From Verrucomicrobiota bacterium (lineage in GTDB: Bacteria > Verrucomicrobiota > Verrucomicrobiia > Limisphaerales > AAA164-E04): DNA of 64,000 nt. Of this stretch, positions 18,184 to 28,422 are shown piece after piece. The position numbers were made by a program, and so were the translations under genes. The DNA lies in contig CP170459.1 in the NCBI GenBank assembly GCA_047947115.1, positions 3,936,001 to 4,000,000 on the forward strand, given 5' to 3'. Numbering within the stretch: position 1 is the first letter of the stretch; the number at the start of each line of letters is the position of its first letter. The notes under the pieces are model-generated. The model worked only from the letters and a program-made list of their open reading frames with translations, did no database searches and was not told the origin of the DNA.

Positions 18184-21100
18184 TCACCGGCCTTCACCCA
18201 ATGTTTCGTAGTAACTGCGAACCAGATCTGAAAACTGCTGAGGCACTGGATCTCGATCGATGGGAACGACGGCTTCTTTTGATAATCGTTTTGACAGTTC
18301 GTTGTTGATCCGTTTGCGCACCTCGTAGAGAGGTTTTTCGATTTCCATCTGAACCAGATCCCATTTGGGCTCCTTGCCTTCGTTACGCATTTCACGTCGA
18401 ACGGCTTGTGCCCGGTCCCGGATGGATGCGATTTCGTTTTGTAGTTCCGGTACATCCACCATTTCTTCGACTTCGCGCAGTTGATCCGACCATTCACGAA
18501 ATCCATCACCTGTGAGAGGAGCTTGGGGGTTGGATGTGGTGGATCCGCCACCGCTTCCATTACCGTTACCGCCATTCTGGTTCATCCAGGATTGAGCGAG
18601 GGAGCTTTGCCCTTGGCCGTTACCTTCTCTCAAACCTTGTCGCTGAGGTGTAGGTTCGCCACCTTCACCACCACCTTGCCCCTGACCTTGTCCAGCTCCG
18701 GAACCTTGTCCCTGACCGGATTCATTTTGAGCAAGCTGTTCATTTTCACCGGCGTTTTGTCCTTGTCCCTGACCTTGTCCTGGGGTTTGTGAGTCACCTG
18801 AGCCTTGGCCCGGTTGATTGCCTTGCCCTTGAGCGAGCGCCGTTGGATCCTGGTTTTCCTGAGGTTCAGCAGATGATCCCTGACCTTCGCCGGGGGTGGT
18901 TTCTGAACCCTGGCCTTCTCCAGGTTGCCGGCCTGATTGGTTGCCGGTTGCCTGGGCAATTTCCTGATTCAAGTCTTCGGATAGTTCTTCAAGCAGGTTG
19001 CGTGCACGGCGTAATCCCTCGATACCGTCTCCCAGAATACTTTGCGCTGCTCGATCGATACGTTCTTCCAAGGATTCAATTTCGGGGTGAATCCGCTGTT
19101 CCAGCTCTGCCGCCCGGTCCAGCATGTTCAGGCGAGATAACTGCTGTGTCATTTCCAGCATTTCCTCCAACTGTTCCTGATCGGTCATGCGATAGGTTTC
19201 GCTCAACTGCTGGGAGAGCAGGGGTTCGGCGTCCTCAGATTCATCACTCAAACGCCTGATTTCTTCCATGATCCGAGACAATTCCTTCTTCTGTTCTTCA
19301 CTCATGTCCATGGCTTCCTGAGCCTGTGAAGAAGAGCCCAGTGATTGGCGCTGGCTGGTTCCTTGAGCCTGTGAGAGTTGTTGTTGCAATTCGTCCTGAC
19401 GTTCACTCATTTCCCGAGCGCGCTGACGAAGTTCCTTCATGGCATCCGAGAACTGGCTGGAATTACGTTGCCTGAATTCATCCCGCATCTCTTCCAGACC
19501 TTCCTGTGCTCGCGAACCGGCTGCAAGTGCGTCCGAAATTTCCTGTTGCTCAATGGATTCAGCGGCGCGTTGAGCCTGCTCGCGGATCTGATCGAGTTGT
19601 TGCATGGATTCAGCACTTTCAGGGGTCTGGTTTTCGGCCAGTCGCTGGTTCAATTCATCCATGTCTTCCAGCATTCTGCGCTGCTCATCTCTCAAGCGTT
19701 TGAGTTCGCGTTCGATTTCTTCACGCTCTTCTTCGGAATCGGCAGCATTCAGAGCAGTCTGCAACTCCTGCAATCTCTCATTCAGATCCTCCTGTCGCCG
19801 GGCCAGTTCCTTGAGCCGATTCAGATTTTGCAGGGCCTCATTCTGCTGCTCATCCTGCATGCCCTGGGCCTGGCTTTGGGTCTCATAGCGGCTTTGCTCT
19901 TCGGTCAGTTCCAGTTGATTCAGTTGTTGTTGAGAACGTCCACCACCACCGCCTCCGCCACCCCCTCCTTCAGTGACATCGGATTCGTCGGGTTGGGCTT
20001 TGAGGATCAGTTGATATGCCTTTTGTTCTTGCACCAAGGCCGTTGTCAGAGCAGGGATGGAGCGGTCATGTACCGCGTCATAGAGTGAGTCGGCAGCTGC
20101 TTCCATGGCTTCCTTGGCCTCCGTGAGCAATTCAACAGACTTGGGATCGTTCATTCGTTGCATCACGGTTTCCGCCTGAGTGACAGCTTCCTCCTGTGAG
20201 GTTAAAACAACTTCCAGATCCTCTTTGCCTTTTTCGGAAACAGCACTTCCTGACTGAGTTCTCCTAATGTTCCAGGAGGCGCTGATGATTTCTTTTTGGA
20301 GCTCTGCCAATTGCATGGCTGGGTTGCCCTGCTGCTGGCCCTGTTGCTGCTGCTGTTGTTGCTGGCCGTTCGGTTGGCCTTGGCGGAATATTTCTTCAAA
20401 TGGTCGAATCTCCCCGAAAAACATATCCGAATAAGCACGCCTCACTGATCCGTCCGGACCAATATCTTCGGCCCAAAGGTAGTAGGAAATCAGATCCCCG
20501 GGTTCCATGGACAGGTCTTCCAGAAGGAGAAGATGGGCCAGGTTGATTTTTTTCTTGGCGGGAGCTTCGTCACCGAGTTGGAGATCAACTTGCTCCTGAC
20601 CGCTGACTTGATAACCTATTCCGTGGGCTTTCAAGCCAAAATCATCCCATGTTTCACCTTCAAGCGCGACTTCTTCCAGTGCCGAAAATCGCTGGTCTCC
20701 CGCAGGGAATTTGAATTTCAGATTCGGGGGTTGATTGGTCAATACGCGCAACATAATTAGGGAAGGCGTCTTGTTGCTTCTACCATCGGCGTCTTGCAGG
20801 TTTAACTCATATCGCGTGGAATTCACCAGTACCGAAGAAAGGGTGTATACGTTGGAGCGAGTGGTATCCGCGATTAAGGAAATGAGCTCACCGTCTCGGT
20901 CCGTCAAGGTGGCGGAAGTGACCGGTTTGTTCAGATGAAACTCATAATTCAGCTTGGTTCCCTCTATAGCGGATACCCGCAATGTGTCTTTGATGGTCCG
21001 GTCTTCCTCGCCGGTATAATCGGGATAGTTCAGATGGGCATCGGCCTGTTGCAGTGCCGGATATTCGAATACCGAGAGTTTGTATGTTTCGGATTCTTTG

Positions 21101-21867
21101 CCGTCAAACTCCACGTAATAAGCCGTATCTGCATCCACGGACAGCAGGCTAGCCCCAAACAAGGGATCATCCATGCTTTTGTTCATGGTCATTTTTTTCG
21201 TCTGCCCATTGGATGGCATGATCACCAGGTTGACCTGGGTGGGAACTTTATTGCCAAAACGAGCTGTGATGACGACAGCTCCACCTCGCTCCATTTCCTG
21301 ATTGCCGGGTTCGACTTTTAATTCTCCCTTGAAAGCGGTAATGGCTGCACCCTGAGATGCCTTCTCAGGAGCCTGTTTTGTGAGGAGAAATGCGGCAAAT
21401 CCAACAACCAGCAAACTGGCAAACCTGACGATTCCTGTCATGAATACCTGTATATGGATGGGGTGATCCCAAGGTTCCTTGAGGTTGTTTTCCAAGGCTT
21501 CCCGGATGACACGTGTCTGCAGGATATGGTAATCGCCAGATGCCGGGTCAGGTTCCTGATCCAGTGCCGTGATCAAAGCCGCCTGCAATTTGGGATGTTC
21601 CTGCTCAATTTTTCGTGCGACGGAACGTACAGACTCCTTGCTGAGCTGGTGACGAATCCAAATATAAAGCGTGCAGACAACCCAAAGACCAAGGTAAAAG
21701 GGTAAAGCCAGATCATGTTGCCATCCAAAGGAATTTCTGCCCCAGGCATATAAAAGCCCCACGATGCCGAGCACAGTCCAAAGGATTGTTGTCTTTTTTC
21801 TTAACTGTTGCTGCCAATAGCCTTTGACGGCTGGCTCCAACGCGGCATTGATAATGTCGTTCGGCAT
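18184..21867 (-). CDS. Large membrane-anchored coiled-coil protein (DUF4175-like)
   Basis: N-terminal TM helices, Ig-like middle, long Q/E coiled coil, G/Q low-complexity tail, C-terminal DPVP..LVRSYY. Confidence 0.8.
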   Translation of the reverse strand: MPNDIINAALEPAVKGYWQQQLRKKTTILWTVLGIVGLLYAWGRNSFGWQHDLALPFYLGLWVVCTLYIWIRHQLSKESVRSVARKIEQEHPKLQAALITALDQEPDPASGDYHILQTRVIREALENNLKEPWDHPIHIQVFMTGIVRFASLLVVGFAAFLLTKQAPEKASQGAAITAFKGELKVEPGNQEMERGGAVVITARFGNKVPTQVNLVIMPSNGQTKKMTMNKSMDDPLFGASLLSVDADTAYYVEFDGKESETYKLSVFEYPALQQADAHLNYPDYTGEEDRTIKDTLRVSAIEGTKLNYEFHLNKPVTSATLTDRDGELISLIADTTRSNVYTLSSVLVNSTRYELNLQDADGRSNKTPSLIMLRVLTNQPPNLKFKFPAGDQRFSALEEVALEGETWDDFGLKAHGIGYQVSGQEQVDLQLGDEAPAKKKINLAHLLLLEDLSMEPGDLISYYLWAEDIGPDGSVRRAYSDMFFGEIRPFEEIFRQGQPNGQQQQQQQQGQQQGNPAMQLAELQKEIISASWNIRRTQSGSAVSEKGKEDLEVVLTSQEEAVTQAETVMQRMNDPKSVELLTEAKEAMEAAADSLYDAVHDRSIPALTTALVQEQKAYQLILKAQPDESDVTEGGGGGGGGGGRSQQQLNQLELTEEQSRYETQSQAQGMQDEQQNEALQNLNRLKELARRQEDLNERLQELQTALNAADSEEEREEIERELKRLRDEQRRMLEDMDELNQRLAENQTPESAESMQQLDQIREQAQRAAESIEQQEISDALAAGSRAQEGLEEMRDEFRQRNSSQFSDAMKELRQRAREMSERQDELQQQLSQAQGTSQRQSLGSSSQAQEAMDMSEEQKKELSRIMEEIRRLSDESEDAEPLLSQQLSETYRMTDQEQLEEMLEMTQQLSRLNMLDRAAELEQRIHPEIESLEERIDRAAQSILGDGIEGLRRARNLLEELSEDLNQEIAQATGNQSGRQPGEGQGSETTPGEGQGSSAEPQENQDPTALAQGQGNQPGQGSGDSQTPGQGQGQGQNAGENEQLAQNESGQGQGSGAGQGQGQGGGEGGEPTPQRQGLREGNGQGQSSLAQSWMNQNGGNGNGSGGGSTTSNPQAPLTGDGFREWSDQLREVEEMVDVPELQNEIASIRDRAQAVRREMRNEGKEPKWDLVQMEIEKPLYEVRKRINNELSKRLSKEAVVPIDRDPVPQQFSDLVRSYYETLGEGR

Positions 21868-22057
21868 ATACTTGTCCGATTGCAGGTTCGGGTTCCCATT
21901 GCTGATCAGCAATCCACTTATCCATTAAGATCACTTGAAGGGAGTCGCTGACAGGCCATGATGCCCGAACAGTCTACGAAATTTCCTGGAAAATGCCCAT
22001 CTTGTTGATCTTCCTTACTTTTTACATTGAACCATGGAAAAAGCAAACGGTTTAAAA

Positions 22058-23209
22058 TCAAAATGACGACCAGCATTCCTGTGCTGGAGGACGGTAACGA
22101 ACACCAGGAACCCCCTGGATGTCATGCCACGGCATCTCATGCGCCTCCCCGACGGCTTTGCAGGTGATGGCGCCGTTCCTGACATTGATGCCGGATGTCA
22201 GGGAAGGATTGATGCTGCAGGCCCCGGCAAGTCCGTTGTCGGCTATCAATTGTATGTAGGGAAGAATGATGCTGCTCAACGCTTGCGAGGCTGTGCGGGC
22301 GTAAGCTCCCGGCATGTTGGCAACACAGTAGTGTACGACGCCTTCCTCGGTATAGACTGGATCATGATGTGTGGTGGGTTTGGAAGTCTCGGCGCAACCG
22401 CCTTGATCGATGGCAATGTCCACCAACACACTACCTGGACGCATGCGTTCCAGCATGGATCTCCTGATGAGTTTGGGGGCTTTGGCTCCGGGCACCAGCA
22501 CCGCTCCGACAAGCACATCAACTCGAGGCAGCAATTCCAATAAATGGTCTTCACTCGAATAGAGTGTGTGTGCGGCGCTGAGCGTGATATCGAGAAACCG
22601 CATGCGATCGCGATCGATTTCCATGACGGTCACATCTGCCCCCAATCCGGTTGCCATGCGTGCAGCGTTCATGCCAGCGGTACCTCCACCCAGTATCAGG
22701 ACTCTACCGGGGAGCACCCCCGGAACTCCGCCAAGCAGGATGCCGTTTCCACCCTGGTGTTTTGCCAGAAAATAACCACCAACCAAAACGCTCATGCGCC
22801 CGGCTATTTCACTCATGGGCTCGAGCAGGGGAAGGTGGCCTTTTACGGTGAGCGTTTCGTAAGCAATGGCTGTGGCACCTGATTGGATCAAGGCTTCCGT
22901 CAAATGGCGATTGGCTGCCAAGTGCAGATATGTGAAGAGAATCTGATCCTTCCCCAACAACGCGTATTCGCTGGCTTGAGGTTCCTTGACCTTGACGATG
23001 AGGTCGGCATTGCCGAACACATCATCAGCCGTCTCAGTCATTGTCGCTCCAGCATGCAAGTAGTCATCATCCGAATAACCTGAACCAATACCGGCCGATT
23101 TTTGCACCCAGACTTGATGTCCTCGCCTAACCAGCTGAGCGACGGCCCAAGGCAACATAGCAACGCGGAATTCATCGTCCTTGATTTCTTTTGGCAAGCC
23201 AATTTTCAT
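22058..23209 (-). CDS. ald: Alanine dehydrogenase
   Basis: [46 protein letters not shown]. Confidence 0.96.
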   Translation of the reverse strand: MKIGLPKEIKDDEFRVAMLPWAVAQLVRRGHQVWVQKSAGIGSGYSDDDYLHAGATMTETADDVFGNADLIVKVKEPQASEYALLGKDQILFTYLHLAANRHLTEALIQSGATAIAYETLTVKGHLPLLEPMSEIAGRMSVLVGGYFLAKHQGGNGILLGGVPGVLPGRVLILGGGTAGMNAARMATGLGADVTVMEIDRDRMRFLDITLSAAHTLYSSEDHLLELLPRVDVLVGAVLVPGAKAPKLIRRSMLERMRPGSVLVDIAIDQGGCAETSKPTTHHDPVYTEEGVVHYCVANMPGAYARTASQALSSIILPYIQLIADNGLAGACSINPSLTSGINVRNGAITCKAVGEAHEMPWHDIQGVPGVRYRPPAQECWSSF

Positions 23210-23245
23210 GGCTTCAAGATGCCTCACCTGAACAGAAAATCAAAG

Positions 23246-24679
23246 TCAGGGTGCTTCGCTCTCAGGAACAACTTCGACGCGGGTTTTCAGGGAGGCAATC
23301 ATGTTTGCACTGAAGCCTTCCTCACCCTGCATGATGCGATGCAGCATGTTTTTCAGTAACTCGGCATAGGGGGGCAATGCCAATCTGGCCTCGGCCCGTT
23401 TGACGCGGTCCTGATATCTCTTCCAGGCTAGCTCTGACATGTTGCGGTAACCTAAAGCCTGGTCTTCGTCTCCCAAGGCAAGGTAGTAAAGGAACTGTCG
23501 GATCAATCCATTCACGATCACGCGCGCTTCATTCATATTGGATTTAGCCAGATTGGCCTCAAATCGAGTCAGGGCAAATTCTTCCAGACTGATTCCTTCG
23601 GGGACGGAGTTTGGAAACAGTTTTTTAAGTTCCTGAAACCATTGGACTGCCTCGTTCAGCCGATAGTGCAGATAGTAATAGTAGGTTGCATTCTGCAGGA
23701 ATTCTGTGTGGGCGCGATCTATGGTGCTGTAATAATTGGGATCCTCCTCCTGCTGACGCATCTTTTTGAACATGGCGTGTGTGTAAGGGGCCAGGTCGAG
23801 ATTCGGGGCATATTCCAAAGTTTGGTCGGCCTCGTTTTCAAGGAGACGTCCCCGTTCAAATGCCAGATTCATCGATTGCCAGATAATACGCCGCAAAAAG
23901 TTCAGCCTTCCTTCTGTCGCATGTTCCAGTCCAAGCCAAGCCCAGTAAATGGCATGCGTTTCAGGAAGTCTCCAGTCGAAGCTGCCAAGATTTTCCTGAA
24001 TGACATTCATTCGTTTGACTTCAAGCCCGAAGGTCTCAAGCAATTCATTTCTTTTGGCGACTACATCCGGATGGGTGGAGGTTTCGATGGCGGGCAAGTC
24101 CGGATTATTCCCGAGGATTTTTCGCATTTCACCCGCCCAGCGTGCCTTGTAATAGAGGTGTTGATCATCCAGATTTCCGCCGATTTTATCCTGAAAAATC
24201 CATGCGAGTTCACGATAAATTTCCGATGATTCCGGATTGATGGGGATGGCTTCGTCTCGGAGCAACTGGATTCCGCTTTCAATCCAGCGCCATCTTTCTT
24301 CCGGTTCTTCAAACTGCTTGGAAATATTGTAGACCATGTTCCAGGACTGAAAGGTCCACACTGAGGAAAAGGTGGGTTGCAGTTTGGTGATCCAGTCTGC
24401 CAGGGACAGCGTTTCGAAGAAGCGACCTTCATCCTGCAAACGGGTGGTGCGTGCCCAGAGTGCGTTGGCGATCAATCCGCGGAAACCTCCCAGAGCAACG
24501 CTCGAAAAAGCCAACATGGGTGGAGCGTTTTCCAAAGGTTCCATTCGGGTCAAGCCCAACTCAGAACGACTCGTGTTCATCTTGTTTTGAACCAGGCCGT
24601 TGGAAACAAGTGCCACAACCATGAGCGTCACCAGGATTGCGCGCGACATGAGCTTCTCTCTGGAAAAGTTGAGCTTCAT
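23246..24679 (-). CDS. Conserved hypothetical protein coupled to ABC-2 permeases
   Basis: LGGFRGL, W.FQSWNMVYNIS, helical TPR-like body; overlaps the upstream permease stop. Confidence 0.75.
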   Translation of the reverse strand: MKLNFSREKLMSRAILVTLMVVALVSNGLVQNKMNTSRSELGLTRMEPLENAPPMLAFSSVALGGFRGLIANALWARTTRLQDEGRFFETLSLADWITKLQPTFSSVWTFQSWNMVYNISKQFEEPEERWRWIESGIQLLRDEAIPINPESSEIYRELAWIFQDKIGGNLDDQHLYYKARWAGEMRKILGNNPDLPAIETSTHPDVVAKRNELLETFGLEVKRMNVIQENLGSFDWRLPETHAIYWAWLGLEHATEGRLNFLRRIIWQSMNLAFERGRLLENEADQTLEYAPNLDLAPYTHAMFKKMRQQEEDPNYYSTIDRAHTEFLQNATYYYYLHYRLNEAVQWFQELKKLFPNSVPEGISLEEFALTRFEANLAKSNMNEARVIVNGLIRQFLYYLALGDEDQALGYRNMSELAWKRYQDRVKRAEARLALPPYAELLKNMLHRIMQGEEGFSANMIASLKTRVEVVPESEAP

Positions 24680-26073
24680 TTATCCAGCTCCTTTCGCTGA
24701 AAAATATAAATACCCCATCCAGCCAGCAACCCGCACAATACCCCCCAGACCAAACCCAGATGAGCCAGCCAGGTTCCAGTGGGAATGCTGCGGCCAGTCA
24801 CCAATCGCTCAACGGCCGCAATGGATTTCAGCGATTCGGTAAAGTGATGAAGCGCCGTAAAAATGGGGACCATCAGCCAGTCCAGATAATTGATTGAATC
24901 GTGTCCGTCGTGCTCATGCACTGCGGAGATGGTGCCTTCGGTCGCAATGGTTTTGAATAACTGGTCTGAACTCGTCACAAGAATCAGTGTTAAAATCATC
25001 ATGGTTGCAACAGGAAGGGACGCAAAGGTGGCCGCCCAGAGTCCCAGTGCCGAAAGCAGCGTCAACCGGGATAGAATCACGACCAGGCTTTTCGCGTAGT
25101 TCATCAGGAATCCTCCGTCAGAATACAGCACCTCCAACCCATCCTCCACACGGAACACCAGACTGCTTTCGGTATAATTGTGGCATTCCACATGAAGCGT
25201 TCCATCCGCATTGATCAGGCCGGCCGGCACGGACCATTCATGTGTCATCATGGGACTGAGATTCATCTGTTTTTCCCAGCGAGTGGGGGAATCTGGATTT
25301 CCTACGATCCAAACGGTCGGGTGCTCATCCGTGTTTTCAAACCATGAGGCATAAAATTTGACCCGCAACTGAACTTGATCCTGAGCGTCTCGCCCCGCGC
25401 CGCTGCCCAGTTTCAAATTCCAGACACGTCGATGGCGCGGCTTGACCAACTGGTTCATCCAGCGTACTTCCTCGCGCAATTTTTCACGGACGTAACCAGG
25501 ATCCATCGCCGCCACATCGGCATTTTGCGAACGTTTGGCGTATAACTGCTCGATTTCAGCTTCCTCATCAGGCGGTGCCTCCTTTACGACTCTTCGGGAA
25601 GTCAGGATGGAAGCATGTAGCCGCTCCTGCTCTTCATTCGACAACCCCTTGGCATGAAGCATTAGAACTCCATAAATACATCCCCCCGCAATAGTCAGTA
25701 AAACGGTGTTCAATGCCAGAATACCGAGCCATTTACCCAGCCAGATTTCCCACCGCGCGATGGGTTTGCTGGCAATCAACACGATGTGATGCTTGATGAA
25801 ATCCTGGTTCAGAATGCCACAGGAAAGCCAGACGGTGGAAACCCCCATGATGATGGAGACAGTCATGAGTGAATAGGTTAATTGAACCTGGGCGAACATC
25901 TCGGCAGTTCCGTTGTGGGTTATCATGTAAGGGATGGTGAATACCGATACTCCCAGCATCAGGATGAGCCAGGGGATCATCCTGAATCGAAACGCGGCCT
26001 TGATGGTATGACTCGCCACCGCCATCAACCGTTGGCGTGTCAGGGCAAATGAGGATGGTTCCAATCCTTTCAT
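24676..26073 (-). CDS. ABC-2 type transporter permease with large extracytoplasmic loop
   Basis: SKPIARWEIWLGKWLG motif; multiple TM helices. Confidence 0.8.
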   Translation of the reverse strand: MKGLEPSSFALTRQRLMAVASHTIKAAFRFRMIPWLILMLGVSVFTIPYMITHNGTAEMFAQVQLTYSLMTVSIIMGVSTVWLSCGILNQDFIKHHIVLIASKPIARWEIWLGKWLGILALNTVLLTIAGGCIYGVLMLHAKGLSNEEQERLHASILTSRRVVKEAPPDEEAEIEQLYAKRSQNADVAAMDPGYVREKLREEVRWMNQLVKPRHRRVWNLKLGSGAGRDAQDQVQLRVKFYASWFENTDEHPTVWIVGNPDSPTRWEKQMNLSPMMTHEWSVPAGLINADGTLHVECHNYTESSLVFRVEDGLEVLYSDGGFLMNYAKSLVVILSRLTLLSALGLWAATFASLPVATMMILTLILVTSSDQLFKTIATEGTISAVHEHDGHDSINYLDWLMVPIFTALHHFTESLKSIAAVERLVTGRSIPTGTWLAHLGLVWGVLCGLLAGWGIYIFQRKELDK

Positions 26074-26080
26074 GACAAAC

Positions 26081-27043
26081 TCAACTCAACTCCCTTTCAT
26101 CAAACAGCCAAATGGCCAGCCCCAAACTGATAACCAGAGAACCCATGACATAAAACATGCATTGAAGGAGATAGGACCAGGGGATGGATTTACCCTCCGC
26201 CAGTGCGTCCGCCATCCAGAACAGCTGCCAATTGGGGATTAAAGCGTACAAAAACTTGGCCCACAGAAGTCCATCTTCAGCGCGTTGACCGAAAAAATGG
26301 TCGGAAACCAACCCCGTCAAAAAGACACCCATGCAGACTACCAGCGTCGGAATCAAAGCCATTCGGGTGCTGCATGTGATGGCGATGCCAGCTAGCGCCC
26401 AAAGGGCCATCAGGAGCAGCCCGACCGCCTTAATCATTCGCCAGTCGATTTGTTCTCCAAACTGATTTTGAAACTGCCAGTTTTTATCCACATAATTGAC
26501 GACGACAAAAGCAATGCTCATACAGACAACTGCGGAAAAAACGGTGGGCCCGACGAAGGGGCGCATCATGAAGAAATTGATTCCGGCTCCGAAGAGTCCA
26601 GCCACCAGCAATGCTCCCCCAAAGATGAAGATGGCGGGGTAGTCCGGTGAGCCATACACATCAAAGGCCATTCGACTGGCAAGCAATGCAGCAAGGCAAC
26701 CAGTGTAGCACTGGACTAACAAAGCGCCGGCCAGTCCCGTGAACTTGGCCAGAACAAATTGAATCCGCCCGACCGGTTTGGACAAAACAGCCAGGGCGGT
26801 GCCGGTTTCCACCTCTTCTCCCACAGAAAAGGACGCGCCAAGGACCGCCACAAACAGGCCGATCAAAAAAAGTGACGCCAACACACCACTTTTTACCATG
26901 GAGGAATCCTCTCCGGTTCCGACATAATACAGGCTTGCCAGAAAAAGCATGAACACACCGGAACCGACCATCAGTACCAGATAAATGGGCTGACGAATCA
27001 ATTCCATGAACGCATTCATGGCTATGGTATTAAAAACTCTCAT
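26081..27043 (-). CDS. ABC-2 type transporter permease
   Basis: EVETGTALAVLSKPVGR..FVLAKF motif; multiple TM helices. Confidence 0.82.
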   Translation of the reverse strand: MRVFNTIAMNAFMELIRQPIYLVLMVGSGVFMLFLASLYYVGTGEDSSMVKSGVLASLFLIGLFVAVLGASFSVGEEVETGTALAVLSKPVGRIQFVLAKFTGLAGALLVQCYTGCLAALLASRMAFDVYGSPDYPAIFIFGGALLVAGLFGAGINFFMMRPFVGPTVFSAVVCMSIAFVVVNYVDKNWQFQNQFGEQIDWRMIKAVGLLLMALWALAGIAITCSTRMALIPTLVVCMGVFLTGLVSDHFFGQRAEDGLLWAKFLYALIPNWQLFWMADALAEGKSIPWSYLLQCMFYVMGSLVISLGLAIWLFDERELS

Positions 27044-27110
27044 AACGTTGCCGACTGTTCGCCGGCTTGATTGACCGATCCACTGTAAATGGGAGTAGGG
27101 GAAGGGAGTT

Positions 27111-28370
27111 TTAATCCGGTAAAGGTTTACCTTTTGTCTCAGGTGCCAGCCAGATGACGATCATCCCTGCCAGATATATAAGCGTGATGACGCTGCCCAT
27201 GCGGGCGTAATCCCCGTCAAATGCGGCGACCAACTGGCCTCCGGCAATGGCTCCCATGGCCGCAAATATACGGCCCGAATTGTAACCCACCCCTTGTCCC
27301 GTCGCCCGGGATCGGGTGGGAAATAATTCAGGTAAATACAAAGGAAACCAACCATAAAATGCAGCCGTGGTCATCCCGGCCAAAAAAACCAGGAATTGGA
27401 AGGTGGTTCCATAGGCGATATCACTCCTGAAAAGGACGCCACACACCACCAAGGAAGACAGGCACAATGTGAAAAAAGCAGGGCGTCGACCAAAACGTCC
27501 CCCAATGAGGGGGCCGGACAGACAGCCAATGATGGCTCCCATGGCGCTTAACATAGTGACATCCGCCTTGGCGGTTGGCATCGATTCTCCGACCAATTGA
27601 TCCACCCAGACCGGAATCCACTGCACCGAACCCCAGGTCCCGATCAAGGCGATGGAAGAAAAGCAGATAGCAAGTAAGGTGTTCTTGATGAGATGTGAGG
27701 AGAAAACTTCTTTGAGTGGCCGGTGGTTTTTTTCCTTGGAAACCGAAGCTTTCCATCGTTCCGATTCGGGGACAAAAATCCGTATGATAAAGACCAGGAT
27801 AGCGGGCAGCACTCCGACCAGCCACATCCATCGCCAGGAATCAACCGTCACTTCTTTGGCTTTTCCAACAGCACCGACCAACAGGAAACCAAAATTGGCA
27901 GCTGCACCAATGATTCCGGCCATCAAGGGGCGAAGACGTTCGGGCCAGCATTCCATCACCAAAGCCACCCCCAAAGACCATTCTCCCCCCATTCCAAGAG
28001 AAGCTAAAAATCTGAACACAGCCAGATGCCAGGGTTCCTGCGCAAAAAATCCCAAGCCGGTGAAAACAGAATAGGTCAGAATACTGAAGGACATCGCCTT
28101 CACACGACCAATTCGATCACCTAGCCAGCCAAATACGAATCCTCCAGCTGCTGCTCCAAGGAGAAAGACGGCCGTGATCCAGCCCATCCATTGACCGACA
28201 AATTGATCCACTCCTTCTGTGGTCCCGTACATATCGGTCAGAGCTGGACGTGCCACGATAGGGAAGAGCCCCATTTCAAATCCGTCGAACATCCACCCTA
28301 AAAAAGCGGCTAATAGGACGACGAAATGGGATTTGCCAACTTTGCCGGTCGTTTTTGATTTGTTGGGCAT
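27111..28370 (-). CDS. MFS transporter
   Basis: GWMFDGFE, GWLGDRIGR, GMGGEW, PELFPT..RATG, PETKG. Confidence 0.92.
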   Translation of the reverse strand: MPNKSKTTGKVGKSHFVVLLAAFLGWMFDGFEMGLFPIVARPALTDMYGTTEGVDQFVGQWMGWITAVFLLGAAAGGFVFGWLGDRIGRVKAMSFSILTYSVFTGLGFFAQEPWHLAVFRFLASLGMGGEWSLGVALVMECWPERLRPLMAGIIGAAANFGFLLVGAVGKAKEVTVDSWRWMWLVGVLPAILVFIIRIFVPESERWKASVSKEKNHRPLKEVFSSHLIKNTLLAICFSSIALIGTWGSVQWIPVWVDQLVGESMPTAKADVTMLSAMGAIIGCLSGPLIGGRFGRRPAFFTLCLSSLVVCGVLFRSDIAYGTTFQFLVFLAGMTTAAFYGWFPLYLPELFPTRSRATGQGVGYNSGRIFAAMGAIAGGQLVAAFDGDYARMGSVITLIYLAGMIVIWLAPETKGKPLPD

Positions 28371-28422
28371 ATTGTTATGTTGCTTCAGTGAGGCTAAAAA
28401 GATGGAGCTTAAATACCATCTT

